From NCBI GenBank assembly GCA_015064845.1, contig SVRL01000002.1, positions 10,508 through 74,507 of the forward strand: 64,000 nt of DNA, written 5' to 3'. Position 1 is the first letter of the stretch. The number at the start of each line of letters is the position of its first letter. The DNA comes from Oscillospiraceae bacterium (lineage in GTDB: Bacteria > Bacillota > Clostridia > Oscillospirales > CAG-272). The notes beneath the pieces were generated by a model, which worked only from the letters and a program-made list of their open reading frames with translations, was not told the DNA's origin and made no database searches. The position numbers were made by a program, and so were the translations under genes. Positions 17,397 to 25,035 of this stretch are shown in pieces.

Positions 17397-18374
17397 TTAA
17401 GGTTTGGAATTTTCCACGGTAATTTTATTCAGGCCTTCGGTCAGCGCGGCGGGAAGCTCTTTGGAGAAATCGTAAGGTTCCAACTCTACCTCGGAAACGT
17501 ATACCTGAAGCGGATAGGAGAATGCTTCCGCATAAACGTCCACGTCTTTTTCATAGTACATATCCAGATAGAGATAGGTAATTTCATTGCTTTCAGCGGC
17601 GTGAGGACCTTTGAAAATATAAGCGGGATTTTCCGGTTTGGGAGAGGGATAGAGCGTTTCGGGGGAAACCTGTCCGTCTCCGAAAAGATCAATACCTTCA
17701 AAAGAAAGTCTTTGATAGTAGTAGAGCGTTTTGGTGTCCGCGATATATTCATAAGTATTGTATACTTTTCCGTAATTATCGCGCAAAACGAAGACGAAAG
17801 GATATTGCGAATCCGAAACCTCAATGGGGTTTTCTTCCAAAGAAGCGGCGAGTTTTTCTTCAATCAGCGCATTGTATTTCTGGCGCTGTTCATCCGTCAG
17901 GGTGGAAAGCTGTGTGCGATCATAGCCTTCGGATTTGATTACGCTGTCTTCAATTTCATCTCTGCGTTTTTGGAGTTCGTTTTCATAATAATCTTCCGAG
18001 AGCGTTTTATTGTAACGAACGGTCATCTGCAAGGTTTTGGCTGCGGGGATATAAACGATATCGTAAATTCCCGAAACACCGTCTTCCGCGATGTTTTCAA
18101 CGGGTTTATGGCTGTAAATCAAAATGTTATTTCCGTATTCTTCGTAAGCTTCAAGCACATTCTCTGTCCAGAGAATACCGGAAACGCTTTTCGGGGGCTT
18201 ACCTGTGCAAAGTCTGAAGAAAATCATGCCATATACAAGCACGACGAGTACCCACATGATGGATTTCAAAATGGTTTTCAGTGTGCGCATACTGAAAATC
18301 TTTTCAATCGTGGATTTATCCCGATAGATCAGTTCCTCTTCATAATTTTCGGCATTGCTGTAGTATTCCGACAA
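17397..18374 (-). CDS. Hypothetical single-pass membrane protein (325 aa, TTG start)
   Basis: GGAGG lies 8 nt upstream of the TTG at 18374. One TM (ILKSIMWVLVVLVYGMIFF) is followed by an acidic extracytoplasmic region. I recognise no family. Confidence 0.7.
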   Translation of the reverse strand: MSEYYSNAENYEEELIYRDKSTIEKIFSMRTLKTILKSIMWVLVVLVYGMIFFRLCTGKPPKSVSGILWTENVLEAYEEYGNNILIYSHKPVENIAEDGVSGIYDIVYIPAAKTLQMTVRYNKTLSEDYYENELQKRRDEIEDSVIKSEGYDRTQLSTLTDEQRQKYNALIEEKLAASLEENPIEVSDSQYPFVFVLRDNYGKVYNTYEYIADTKTLYYYQRLSFEGIDLFGDGQVSPETLYPSPKPENPAYIFKGPHAAESNEITYLYLDMYYEKDVDVYAEAFSYPLQVYVSEVELEPYDFSKELPAALTEGLNKITVENSKP

Positions 18375-18501
18375 AAAATCACCTCCGTAAAAATAAAATC
18401 TCTAATTATTTATTATATCCTAATTTCAGCCGTAAGTCAAGAGAGAAGAGCAGATGATTTCAAATTTTTTATGAACGAAAAGCGGATTTTCGGGAATATT
18501 C

Positions 18502-18530
18502 TTGCAAAAAAGAGGGTTGTATGATATACT
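18502..18530 (+). promoter_or_regulatory. Promoter of the LytTR regulator/kinase genes
   Basis: TTGCAA (18502-18507), 17-bp spacer, TGaTATACT (-10 at 18525-18530). Confidence 0.55.
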
Positions 18531-18559
18531 GAAAACAATTGAAACGATTGGAGAGACAT

Positions 18560-19261
18560 ATGAGATTCAATATTGCAGTCTGCGATGATGAACGGGAGCA
18601 GGCAGAAAAAATAACCTCCGTTGTGAAGTCTTGGAGTGAGAAGGAAGGTCATCGGTGCGAATTTAGCACGTTTTCTTCTTCCGAAGAATTTCTTTTTGAA
18701 TATGAAAGCGACCGTTCCTACGATATTTTGCTTCTGGATGTTGAAATGGGGGATATTTCGGGAATTTCGCTTGCGAAAAGGATACGAAAGGAAAATAACC
18801 GCGCGGAAATTATTTTTATAACCTCTCATTTCGAATTTATCGGCGAAGGTTATGAAGTGGATGCCTTGCACTATCTTGTGAAGCCGATTTCCAAAGCAAA
18901 GCTTTGCGCGGTTCTTTCCAAGGCTGCGGAAAAGCTTTCCGTTGAACCTCCGTCCGTTGTTATTACTTGTGACGGAGAAACCGTCAAACTTTACGAATCT
19001 GAAATTTTATATGTGGAATCCTTTTTGCATTATATCGCTATTCATACGAAAGATAAAGAATATAAGATCAAAGAAAGCATTTCTGTTTTTGAGAAAAAAA
19101 TGAGTGAAGATTTTTTTCGGGCGCACCGTTCTTATCTCGTCTCCTTAAAACATATTGCGCGGATTTCACGCACCTGCGTTATATTGGACGATCGAACGGA
19201 GCTTCCATTGGCAAGAGGGAAATACAATGAAATCAACCGTGTGTTTATCGAACGCAATTAG
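18560..19261 (+). CDS. LytR/AlgR (LytTR) family response regulator
   Basis: 233 aa from the ATG after GGAGAG. Has a receiver domain (IAVCDDE...LLLDVEM) and a C-terminal LytTR DNA-binding domain (YVESFLHYIAIHT...FFRAHRSYLV). Confidence 0.9.
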   Translation: MRFNIAVCDDEREQAEKITSVVKSWSEKEGHRCEFSTFSSSEEFLFEYESDRSYDILLLDVEMGDISGISLAKRIRKENNRAEIIFITSHFEFIGEGYEVDALHYLVKPISKAKLCAVLSKAAEKLSVEPPSVVITCDGETVKLYESEILYVESFLHYIAIHTKDKEYKIKESISVFEKKMSEDFFRAHRSYLVSLKHIARISRTCVILDDRTELPLARGKYNEINRVFIERN

Positions 19262-19270
19262 AGGAAAAAT

Positions 19271-19921
19271 ATGAGAAAGAAAACTTATTTGAAGCTTGTG
19301 GAATATCAAACGGAACAATCCGAAAAGCATCTCATGGAGGTGAGGAGCATCCACAAAGAAATGAGAGGCTACAAGCATGATTTTCACCACCATTTGCAAA
19401 CCTTGAAAGGTCAACTTGAAGCAGGGGAAATTGACCGCGCGCTTGCTTATATCGAACAGCTTGACCGTCAGTTGATGAATATGGATACGCTTCTCAAAAC
19501 GGGAAACGTATCTTTGGATGCTATTTTATCGGCGAAGATCTCACAGGCAAAAGCGGAAAATATTGCCGTTACGGTAAAAGCAAATGTGCCGGATTCCTTA
19601 ACCGTTTCGGATGTGGAATTGAGTATTATCATCGGAAACCTTTTGGACAATGCCATTGAAGCCTGTCGGATAGCGAAGGGAGATCGGTTTATCCGCATTT
19701 ATATGGCGATGAAAGGGAATATGCTGTATTTTTCCATGCTGAACACTTCCGGCGAAAAGAAGAAAAAGAAAGGCTCTTTATTCTCTTCCCATAAGGATGG
19801 CGTACACGGCTTCGGGCTTCGGCGTGCGGAAGCCATTTTGCATGAACACGGGGGATGGGTAAAATATAACAGCGAGGACGGTGCCTTTACTTCGGAATTT
19901 TTGGTGCCCGCCGTAGAATAA
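19271..19921 (+). CDS. AgrC/HPK10-type GHKL histidine kinase lacking any membrane or sensor domain
   Basis: 216 aa. Has H-box GYKHDFHHHL, N-box IIGNLLDNAIEA and G-box HGFGL. No hydrophobic segment is present, and only 9 nt separate it from the regulator gene. Confidence 0.85.
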   Translation: MRKKTYLKLVEYQTEQSEKHLMEVRSIHKEMRGYKHDFHHHLQTLKGQLEAGEIDRALAYIEQLDRQLMNMDTLLKTGNVSLDAILSAKISQAKAENIAVTVKANVPDSLTVSDVELSIIIGNLLDNAIEACRIAKGDRFIRIYMAMKGNMLYFSMLNTSGEKKKKKGSLFSSHKDGVHGFGLRRAEAILHEHGGWVKYNSEDGAFTSEFLVPAVE

Positions 19922-19924
19922 TTT

Positions 19925-19959
19925 GCAATTCGTGCACGAAAAAATGCGATTCGTGCACG
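19925..19959 (+). promoter_or_regulatory. Direct-repeat operator, predicted LytTR binding site
   Basis: GCAATTCGTGCACG (19925-19938) and GCGATTCGTGCACG (19946-19959), start-to-start 21 bp, ending 3 bp before the -35. Confidence 0.5.
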
Positions 19960-19962
19960 TTT

Positions 19963-19991
19963 TTGTTTTTTTCATTTTTTCATGCTATACT
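19963..19991 (+). promoter_or_regulatory. Activator-type promoter of the ABC exporter pair
   Basis: Weak -35 TTGTTT (19963-19968), 17-bp spacer, TGcTATACT (-10 at 19986-19991). Confidence 0.45.
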
Positions 19992-20027
19992 AAAGATGCA
20001 AAAACACATCCAAAGGAGGTATTTGAT

Positions 20028-21866
20028 TTGAAAAAGAACATGAAAAAGAAACCATACCGTTCCGTATTCAGTAATGCGATATGGGCATTTCGCCATCAAC
20101 TGAAATTTGCGCCGAAGTCATTTTTGCTTTTGATGTTGGGAATTCCGCTTGCCGTTGCGCAAAGCTATATGGGGATTCTGTTGCCTTCTCTTGTTGTAAA
20201 AGAAGTAACGGCAGGTTCTGCACTCACAAACGTGGCTGTCAGCGTAGGATTGCTTATGCTCTCGATTTTCCTTTGCAAAATGCTTGGACAGGCTTTTTCC
20301 TATATGCAGGAAGGATATCTTTCGAATTACCGCTGGAGTATTTCGGAAATAATCGATCAAAAAGCACTCGGCTGTTTCTATCAGCAATTTGAGAAAAAAG
20401 AAGTGCGAGACCTTCATGAGCGGGCAACGAAAACGACGCAAATGTGGAACGGCGTACAGCCGATTTCGGATATGCCGAGGTACACAGCGGAACTGATTAT
20501 CAACGTACTGAGCTATCTTTTGTTTGGTTCGGTGGTTTCATTGGTTCATCCGCTTCTCGTTCCGATCTTGACGGTTGCTCCTATTGTAAACTGGGTTTGC
20601 GTACGCGCTTACAATAAATGGGAATATGCCAATCGGGATAAATGGACGGATACTTCCCGTAAGCTTTGGTACGTGCGGACGAAGCCTGCCGACTTTGCGG
20701 CAGGAAAGGATATTCGGCTTTACGGTATGATGGACTGGTTTATCGATATGTTCAAGTCCTTAAACCGTGAATACGCGGTATGGGATAAACAGCGCGTCGG
20801 ACGAAAGTTTCTCTCCGGAATTGCGAATCTCTTCATTATTCTTATCCGAGACGGCGCTGCTTATGTGCTTTTGATTGCAATGACGCTTCGCGGCGAAATT
20901 ACCGTAGATGAATTTGTTTTATATTTTGCCGCCATTTCTTCTTTTGCGGGCTTTATCGGGGGAATTCTCGGAAGTTGGAATCATTTGCAAGCCACAAGTC
21001 TTTCTCTTTGCGATTTACGTGAATTTCTGGATTTGCCCGAATATGACGGAACGGGAGAAGAATCGATCACGGAGCATTTGGCGTATGCGCCCGAAATTAC
21101 CTTTGACCATGTTTCCTTTCGATATGACGGCGCAGAAAACGATACGCTTCATGAGATTTCCTTTACTGTGAAAGCGGGCGAAAAAATTGCTCTTGTCGGA
21201 TTGAACGGTGCCGGTAAAACAACCATTGTCAAGCTTTTGTGCGGACTTTATACGCCAACCTCCGGCGAAATTCGTTTGAATGGGATTCCTCTTTCCAAAT
21301 TTTTGAGAAAAGATTACTATAAGCTTTTTTCTCCCGTATTTCAAAATATCAAAACGGCTTATTTTTCTTTGGGAGAAACGGTTTCCGGAGTCGTTGGAAA
21401 AGATTATGACCGTGAAAAAGCAGAATTATGTATGCGCCGCGCAGGATTGGGAGAAAAACTGGAGTCTTTACCTATGGGGCTTGACACAAAACTCGATAAA
21501 CAGGTCAACGAAAACGGCATTGAGCTTTCGGGAGGCGAATTGCAGAAAATGATGCTTGCCAGAGCGCTTTATAAGGATGCGCCAATGCTGGTACTGGACG
21601 AACCGACAGCGGCGCTGGACCCCATTGCGGAAAGTGAAATTTATCAACAATATCAAAGCATGACAAGCGGAAAAAGCGCTGTTTTTATCTCCCATCGTTT
21701 GGCTTCTACTCGTTTTTGCGACAGAATTCTATATCTTGAAAACGGAAAGATCACGGAAGAGGGTACACATGAAACTTTGATGCATAAAAAGGGACGGTAT
21801 GCAGAGCTTTTCGATATTCAAAGCTGTTGGTATCGGGATGATTTCGGAAAGGAGAATATGAAATGA
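20028..21866 (+). CDS. ABC exporter, fused permease/ATPase (heterodimer subunit 1)
   Basis: AGGAGG (20014-20019) lies 8 nt upstream of an in-frame TTG at 20028 (alternative ATG at 20040). Has six TM segments, then Walker A GLNGAGKT, signature LSGGE and Walker B LVLDEP. Confidence 0.9.
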   Translation: MKKNMKKKPYRSVFSNAIWAFRHQLKFAPKSFLLLMLGIPLAVAQSYMGILLPSLVVKEVTAGSALTNVAVSVGLLMLSIFLCKMLGQAFSYMQEGYLSNYRWSISEIIDQKALGCFYQQFEKKEVRDLHERATKTTQMWNGVQPISDMPRYTAELIINVLSYLLFGSVVSLVHPLLVPILTVAPIVNWVCVRAYNKWEYANRDKWTDTSRKLWYVRTKPADFAAGKDIRLYGMMDWFIDMFKSLNREYAVWDKQRVGRKFLSGIANLFIILIRDGAAYVLLIAMTLRGEITVDEFVLYFAAISSFAGFIGGILGSWNHLQATSLSLCDLREFLDLPEYDGTGEESITEHLAYAPEITFDHVSFRYDGAENDTLHEISFTVKAGEKIALVGLNGAGKTTIVKLLCGLYTPTSGEIRLNGIPLSKFLRKDYYKLFSPVFQNIKTAYFSLGETVSGVVGKDYDREKAELCMRRAGLGEKLESLPMGLDTKLDKQVNENGIELSGGELQKMMLARALYKDAPMLVLDEPTAALDPIAESEIYQQYQSMTSGKSAVFISHRLASTRFCDRILYLENGKITEEGTHETLMHKKGRYAELFDIQSCWYRDDFGKENMK

Positions 21867-23686
21867 AGCTCAGAGAACATATTTCCATTGCAAAACGCGC
21901 CGTAAAAATGGTGTTTAGCCAAAGTAAGGCGTTTGCCGTTTGTACGATGCTGAATGCTTTTCTTGCGGCAATTATGCCTTATGTTCCGATTTGGTTTTCC
22001 GCTGAACTGATCGATGCGCTTTTTGCAAAAGCGCCCGTAGAAACTCTGATTTTCTATGTGATGCTTACGGTTGGCACGGTATTTTTACTTCAACTTTTGA
22101 AAACTTATGTCTCTCATCAAAAAGATATTTCTTCCTCGGTCATATATCGTATGGAGGATTGGCAATATGCGGAAAAAGCAATGAAAATGGCATATGAATC
22201 CATTGAAAGCAGAGATGTGCAGCTGCTTAGAAACCGCATTCGCATGGAGACACAGACGGGATATAATCGCTTTTATCTTCATATGTGTATGGAATATGCG
22301 GTACGCTATACCACGGAGATTGTTTGTTCTCTTGCACTTACGGTTTCTTTTTTTACGAACCAAACGATTCCGCTTTATATGAAGCTCGGTCTGCTGGCGC
22401 TTCTTACCTTGACCATTGTCTGCAATATCGTATTGACGGCAAAGCAGAAAAAGGAGGACGGGAATTTTTTTGAGGATAACGTGGTCATGATGAATACGGT
22501 CGGAGAAAAATATTCTCAATATATTGGAGATTACAGCGCAGGCATGGATATCCGTCTTTATCAGATGACGGAGGATATTGTGGAAAGTCAGAGTCGCTTA
22601 AATCGGGAACATACGAAAAAAAGTCTTTTGCTTTACAAAAAAATGACGGCGTTATCCATACCTCAAGTGTTTTTGAATCATGCTTTGCAATATATGACGT
22701 ACCTTGTTTTGATCGTTGGAGCAATCGCTGGCGGTATTTCCGTCGGTTCGATTGCAAAATACGTGTCTTGTATCATGATGATGCTGACTTCCATTTCCAA
22801 ATTGGTTACCATGTTTCAGATTTCCATCGTGAATGACGGTTATCTGAAAAGGTATTTTTCTTATTTTGATATTCCGAACAAGATGTATCAAGGGTCGCTT
22901 ACCGTTGAAAAACGCGACGATAACGAATATTATGTGGAATTCAGAGATGTATCTTTCAAATATCCCAACAGCGATGTTTGGGCGCTCCGTCACGTCAATT
23001 TAAAATTTAAGATAGGAGAAAAGCTGGCGGTTGTCGGCATGAACGGTTCGGGAAAAACCACGTTTATCAAGCTTCTTTGCCGTCTTTACGATCCAACCGA
23101 AGGCGAAATTCTTCTCAACGGTGTCAATATCAAAAAATATGATTATGATGAATATATGTCTGTTTTTTCCGTTGTTTTTCAGGATTACCGTTTATTTGCC
23201 TTTACCCTCGGACAAAACGTGGCGGCGAATACGGATTATGATGAAGAGCGCGTGAAGCATTGTTTGCATCAAGCAGGCTTCAAGGAGCGTTTGGAAACCT
23301 TGCCGAACGGTACGGAAACGTATCTTTTCAAGAATTATGATAAAAACGGCATTGAATTTTCGGGCGGAGAAACGCAGAAAATTGCGTTGGCAAGAGCGCT
23401 TTACAAAGATGCACCGTTCATCATTCTGGATGAACCCACAGCCGCGCTGGATCCTGTTTCCGAATATGAGGTTTACAGTAACTTTAATCGGATTTCGGGA
23501 GAAAAGACTGCGATTTATATCAGCCACAGGCTTGCTTCCTGCCGTTTTTGCGATAAGATTGCCGTGTTTGACCACGGTGAAATTATCCAAAGCGGTTCAC
23601 ATGATACGCTCGTTGACGATAAAAAAGGCAAATATTACGAATTATGGCGTGCACAAGCACAGTATTATACAGAACAAACGGTATAA
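21863..23686 (+). CDS. ABC exporter, fused permease/ATPase (heterodimer subunit 2)
   Basis: ATGA start/stop overlap with subunit 1. Has Walker A GMNGSGKT, signature FSGGE and Walker B IILDEP. Confidence 0.9.
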   Translation: MKLREHISIAKRAVKMVFSQSKAFAVCTMLNAFLAAIMPYVPIWFSAELIDALFAKAPVETLIFYVMLTVGTVFLLQLLKTYVSHQKDISSSVIYRMEDWQYAEKAMKMAYESIESRDVQLLRNRIRMETQTGYNRFYLHMCMEYAVRYTTEIVCSLALTVSFFTNQTIPLYMKLGLLALLTLTIVCNIVLTAKQKKEDGNFFEDNVVMMNTVGEKYSQYIGDYSAGMDIRLYQMTEDIVESQSRLNREHTKKSLLLYKKMTALSIPQVFLNHALQYMTYLVLIVGAIAGGISVGSIAKYVSCIMMMLTSISKLVTMFQISIVNDGYLKRYFSYFDIPNKMYQGSLTVEKRDDNEYYVEFRDVSFKYPNSDVWALRHVNLKFKIGEKLAVVGMNGSGKTTFIKLLCRLYDPTEGEILLNGVNIKKYDYDEYMSVFSVVFQDYRLFAFTLGQNVAANTDYDEERVKHCLHQAGFKERLETLPNGTETYLFKNYDKNGIEFSGGETQKIALARALYKDAPFIILDEPTAALDPVSEYEVYSNFNRISGEKTAIYISHRLASCRFCDKIAVFDHGEIIQSGSHDTLVDDKKGKYYELWRAQAQYYTEQTV

Positions 23687-23697
23687 ATGACTCCCAA

Positions 23698-23743
23698 AAA
23701 GCTTGGATAATCGGAAAAAGACGGTTATCCAAGCTTATTTTTT
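23698..23743 (+). terminator. Rho-independent terminator of the ABC operon
   Basis: 13-bp stem aaagcttggataa / ttatccaagcttt, followed by TTTTTT. Confidence 0.85.
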
Positions 23744-23753
23744 AAAAATACTC

Positions 23754-23782
23754 TTGACAGCGTAACAATGTTATGCTATACT
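23754..23782 (+). promoter_or_regulatory. Consensus sigma-A promoter of the yhbD-like operon
   Basis: TTGACA (23754-23759), 17-bp spacer, TATACT (23777-23782). Confidence 0.65.
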
Positions 23783-23803
23783 GTAATCGTAACAATGTTA
23801 CGC
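23761..23803 (+). promoter_or_regulatory. Twin palindromic operators
   Basis: CGTAACAATGTTATGC (23761-23776, inside the promoter spacer) and CGTAACAATGTTACGC (23788-23803, just after the -10). The second contains the perfect 7-1-7 palindrome CGTAACA-A-TGTTACG. Confidence 0.5.
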
Positions 23804-23822
23804 AAAGAAACGGAGGTGTCGT

Positions 23823-24230
23823 ATGGGAAATGAAAATCTGATTTCAAAAAAAGAACTGCTGGAGCGGTATCACATTTCCTACGGAGCGTTATACCGTTGG
23901 AAAAGAAAGGGGCTTATTCCCGACGAGTGGTTTCTGAAAAAAGCAACGGCAACGGGGCAGGAAACCTTTTTTCCCGAAAAGCTTGTGTGTGAAAGAATCG
24001 AACGGATTCAAAGCATGAAAGAGGATATTCTTCTGGATGAGCTTGCCAAACAGTTTTCGGGAGAAGAAAAGAAAAACGAATTTTTGGTTTTACAAACGGA
24101 ATTCGGAGAAAAAAGTTTTCGTATGTGTGATGTGAAATCCATCGCTTTGACGGACAAAAACGGGAAAACGAGGGATATTACGGATTTGATTCAAAAAATA
24201 TTGGAAGAAATTGACGGAGGTAAGGTATGA
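23823..24230 (+). CDS. MerR-like HTH protein, YhbD/DUF4004 family
   Basis: 135 aa. [45 protein letters not shown] closely resembles B. subtilis YhbD as I recall it. Confidence 0.8.
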   Translation: MGNENLISKKELLERYHISYGALYRWKRKGLIPDEWFLKKATATGQETFFPEKLVCERIERIQSMKEDILLDELAKQFSGEEKKNEFLVLQTEFGEKSFRMCDVKSIALTDKNGKTRDITDLIQKILEEIDGGKV

Positions 24231-24967
24231 ACATTTCGGGAAGCGGATATATCCCCGCAGGGGAATACAATGAAAACATTTCTATCAGCGGAAGCGGTAA
24301 AATCAACGGCAATTTGCGTTGTTTATCGATTTCCTGTTCCGGCTCCACAAAATCAGAAGGCAGCGTGTTTTGTAACGGGGACTTCAAATGCTCCAGTTCG
24401 GCTCATCTTAAAAAAGAATTACACGCAAAAAATATTACTACAAGCGGTTCTCTTCGGGTGGAAGACAATATTTTCTGCGAAAATATTGTCCGTGTTGCGG
24501 GAGGTATGGTTTGCAAAGGCAAATTGAAATCCGGTTCGGTTAGTTGCGCCGGAAGCATTGAGATTTCGGGAGATCTGGAAGCGGAAGAGTTTAAGTCGGC
24601 AGGAAAACTGATCTGCGGAGGTCTGCTGAATGCCGAAAAGATCAGTATTTCTCTTGACGGCACGAGCGGAAGCGTCGGCAGTATCGGAGGAAGTGAGATC
24701 AAGATTTACTGGGACCCGAAGAAACCCCGATCAAAAAAACTCGGTCGTATGCCCTTGTTTTCCAAATTGGTCAATGAAGGCACCGGCTGTTTCGTTGTTG
24801 AAGAACAGATCGAAGGCGATATGGTGGCAATCGAATGTGTGAAAACGCCGAAAGTTGTCGGCAGAGTGGTTGCGATCGGCGCAGATTGCGAAATTGACCT
24901 TGTGCAATACACCGAAGAAATTGAAGTACATCCCGATGCCAAGGTCGGTAAGATTGAAAAAATATAA
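24227..24967 (+). CDS. Bactofilin-like polymer-forming (beta-helical repeat) protein
   Basis: ATGA overlap with the yhbD-like gene. Has Gly/Ser-rich short beta-strand repeats ([35 protein letters not shown]). The synteny mirrors yhbD-yhbE-yhbF. Confidence 0.65.
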   Translation: MNISGSGYIPAGEYNENISISGSGKINGNLRCLSISCSGSTKSEGSVFCNGDFKCSSSAHLKKELHAKNITTSGSLRVEDNIFCENIVRVAGGMVCKGKLKSGSVSCAGSIEISGDLEAEEFKSAGKLICGGLLNAEKISISLDGTSGSVGSIGGSEIKIYWDPKKPRSKKLGRMPLFSKLVNEGTGCFVVEEQIEGDMVAIECVKTPKVVGRVVAIGADCEIDLVQYTEEIEVHPDAKVGKIEKI

Positions 24968-24971
24968 ATAT

Positions 24972-24996
24972 AAAAAGCGGGCATTGCCCGCTTTTT
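24972..24996. terminator. Bidirectional terminator between the bactofilin-like gene and the convergent lipoprotein gene
   Basis: aaaaa-gcgggc-att-gcccgc-ttttt. Confidence 0.85.
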
Positions 24997-25035
24997 ATAT
25001 TCGAAATCTCATTCTTTCGCTTAAATATACAATGG

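Noticed and set aside
19923-20027. 35-codon N-terminal extension of the first ABC exporter ORF
   Set aside because: The extension spans the direct-repeat operator and promoter. AGGAGG at 20014-20019 points to the TTG at 20028 (or the ATG at 20040) as the start.
24978-24992. The 15-nt hairpin core CGGGCATTGCCCGCT occurs twice (24978-24992 and 56196-56210)
   Set aside because: I considered it as a dispersed repeat. The identity does not extend beyond the small GC hairpin, the first copy is an ordinary bidirectional terminator, and two 15-mers are insufficient evidence for an element family.
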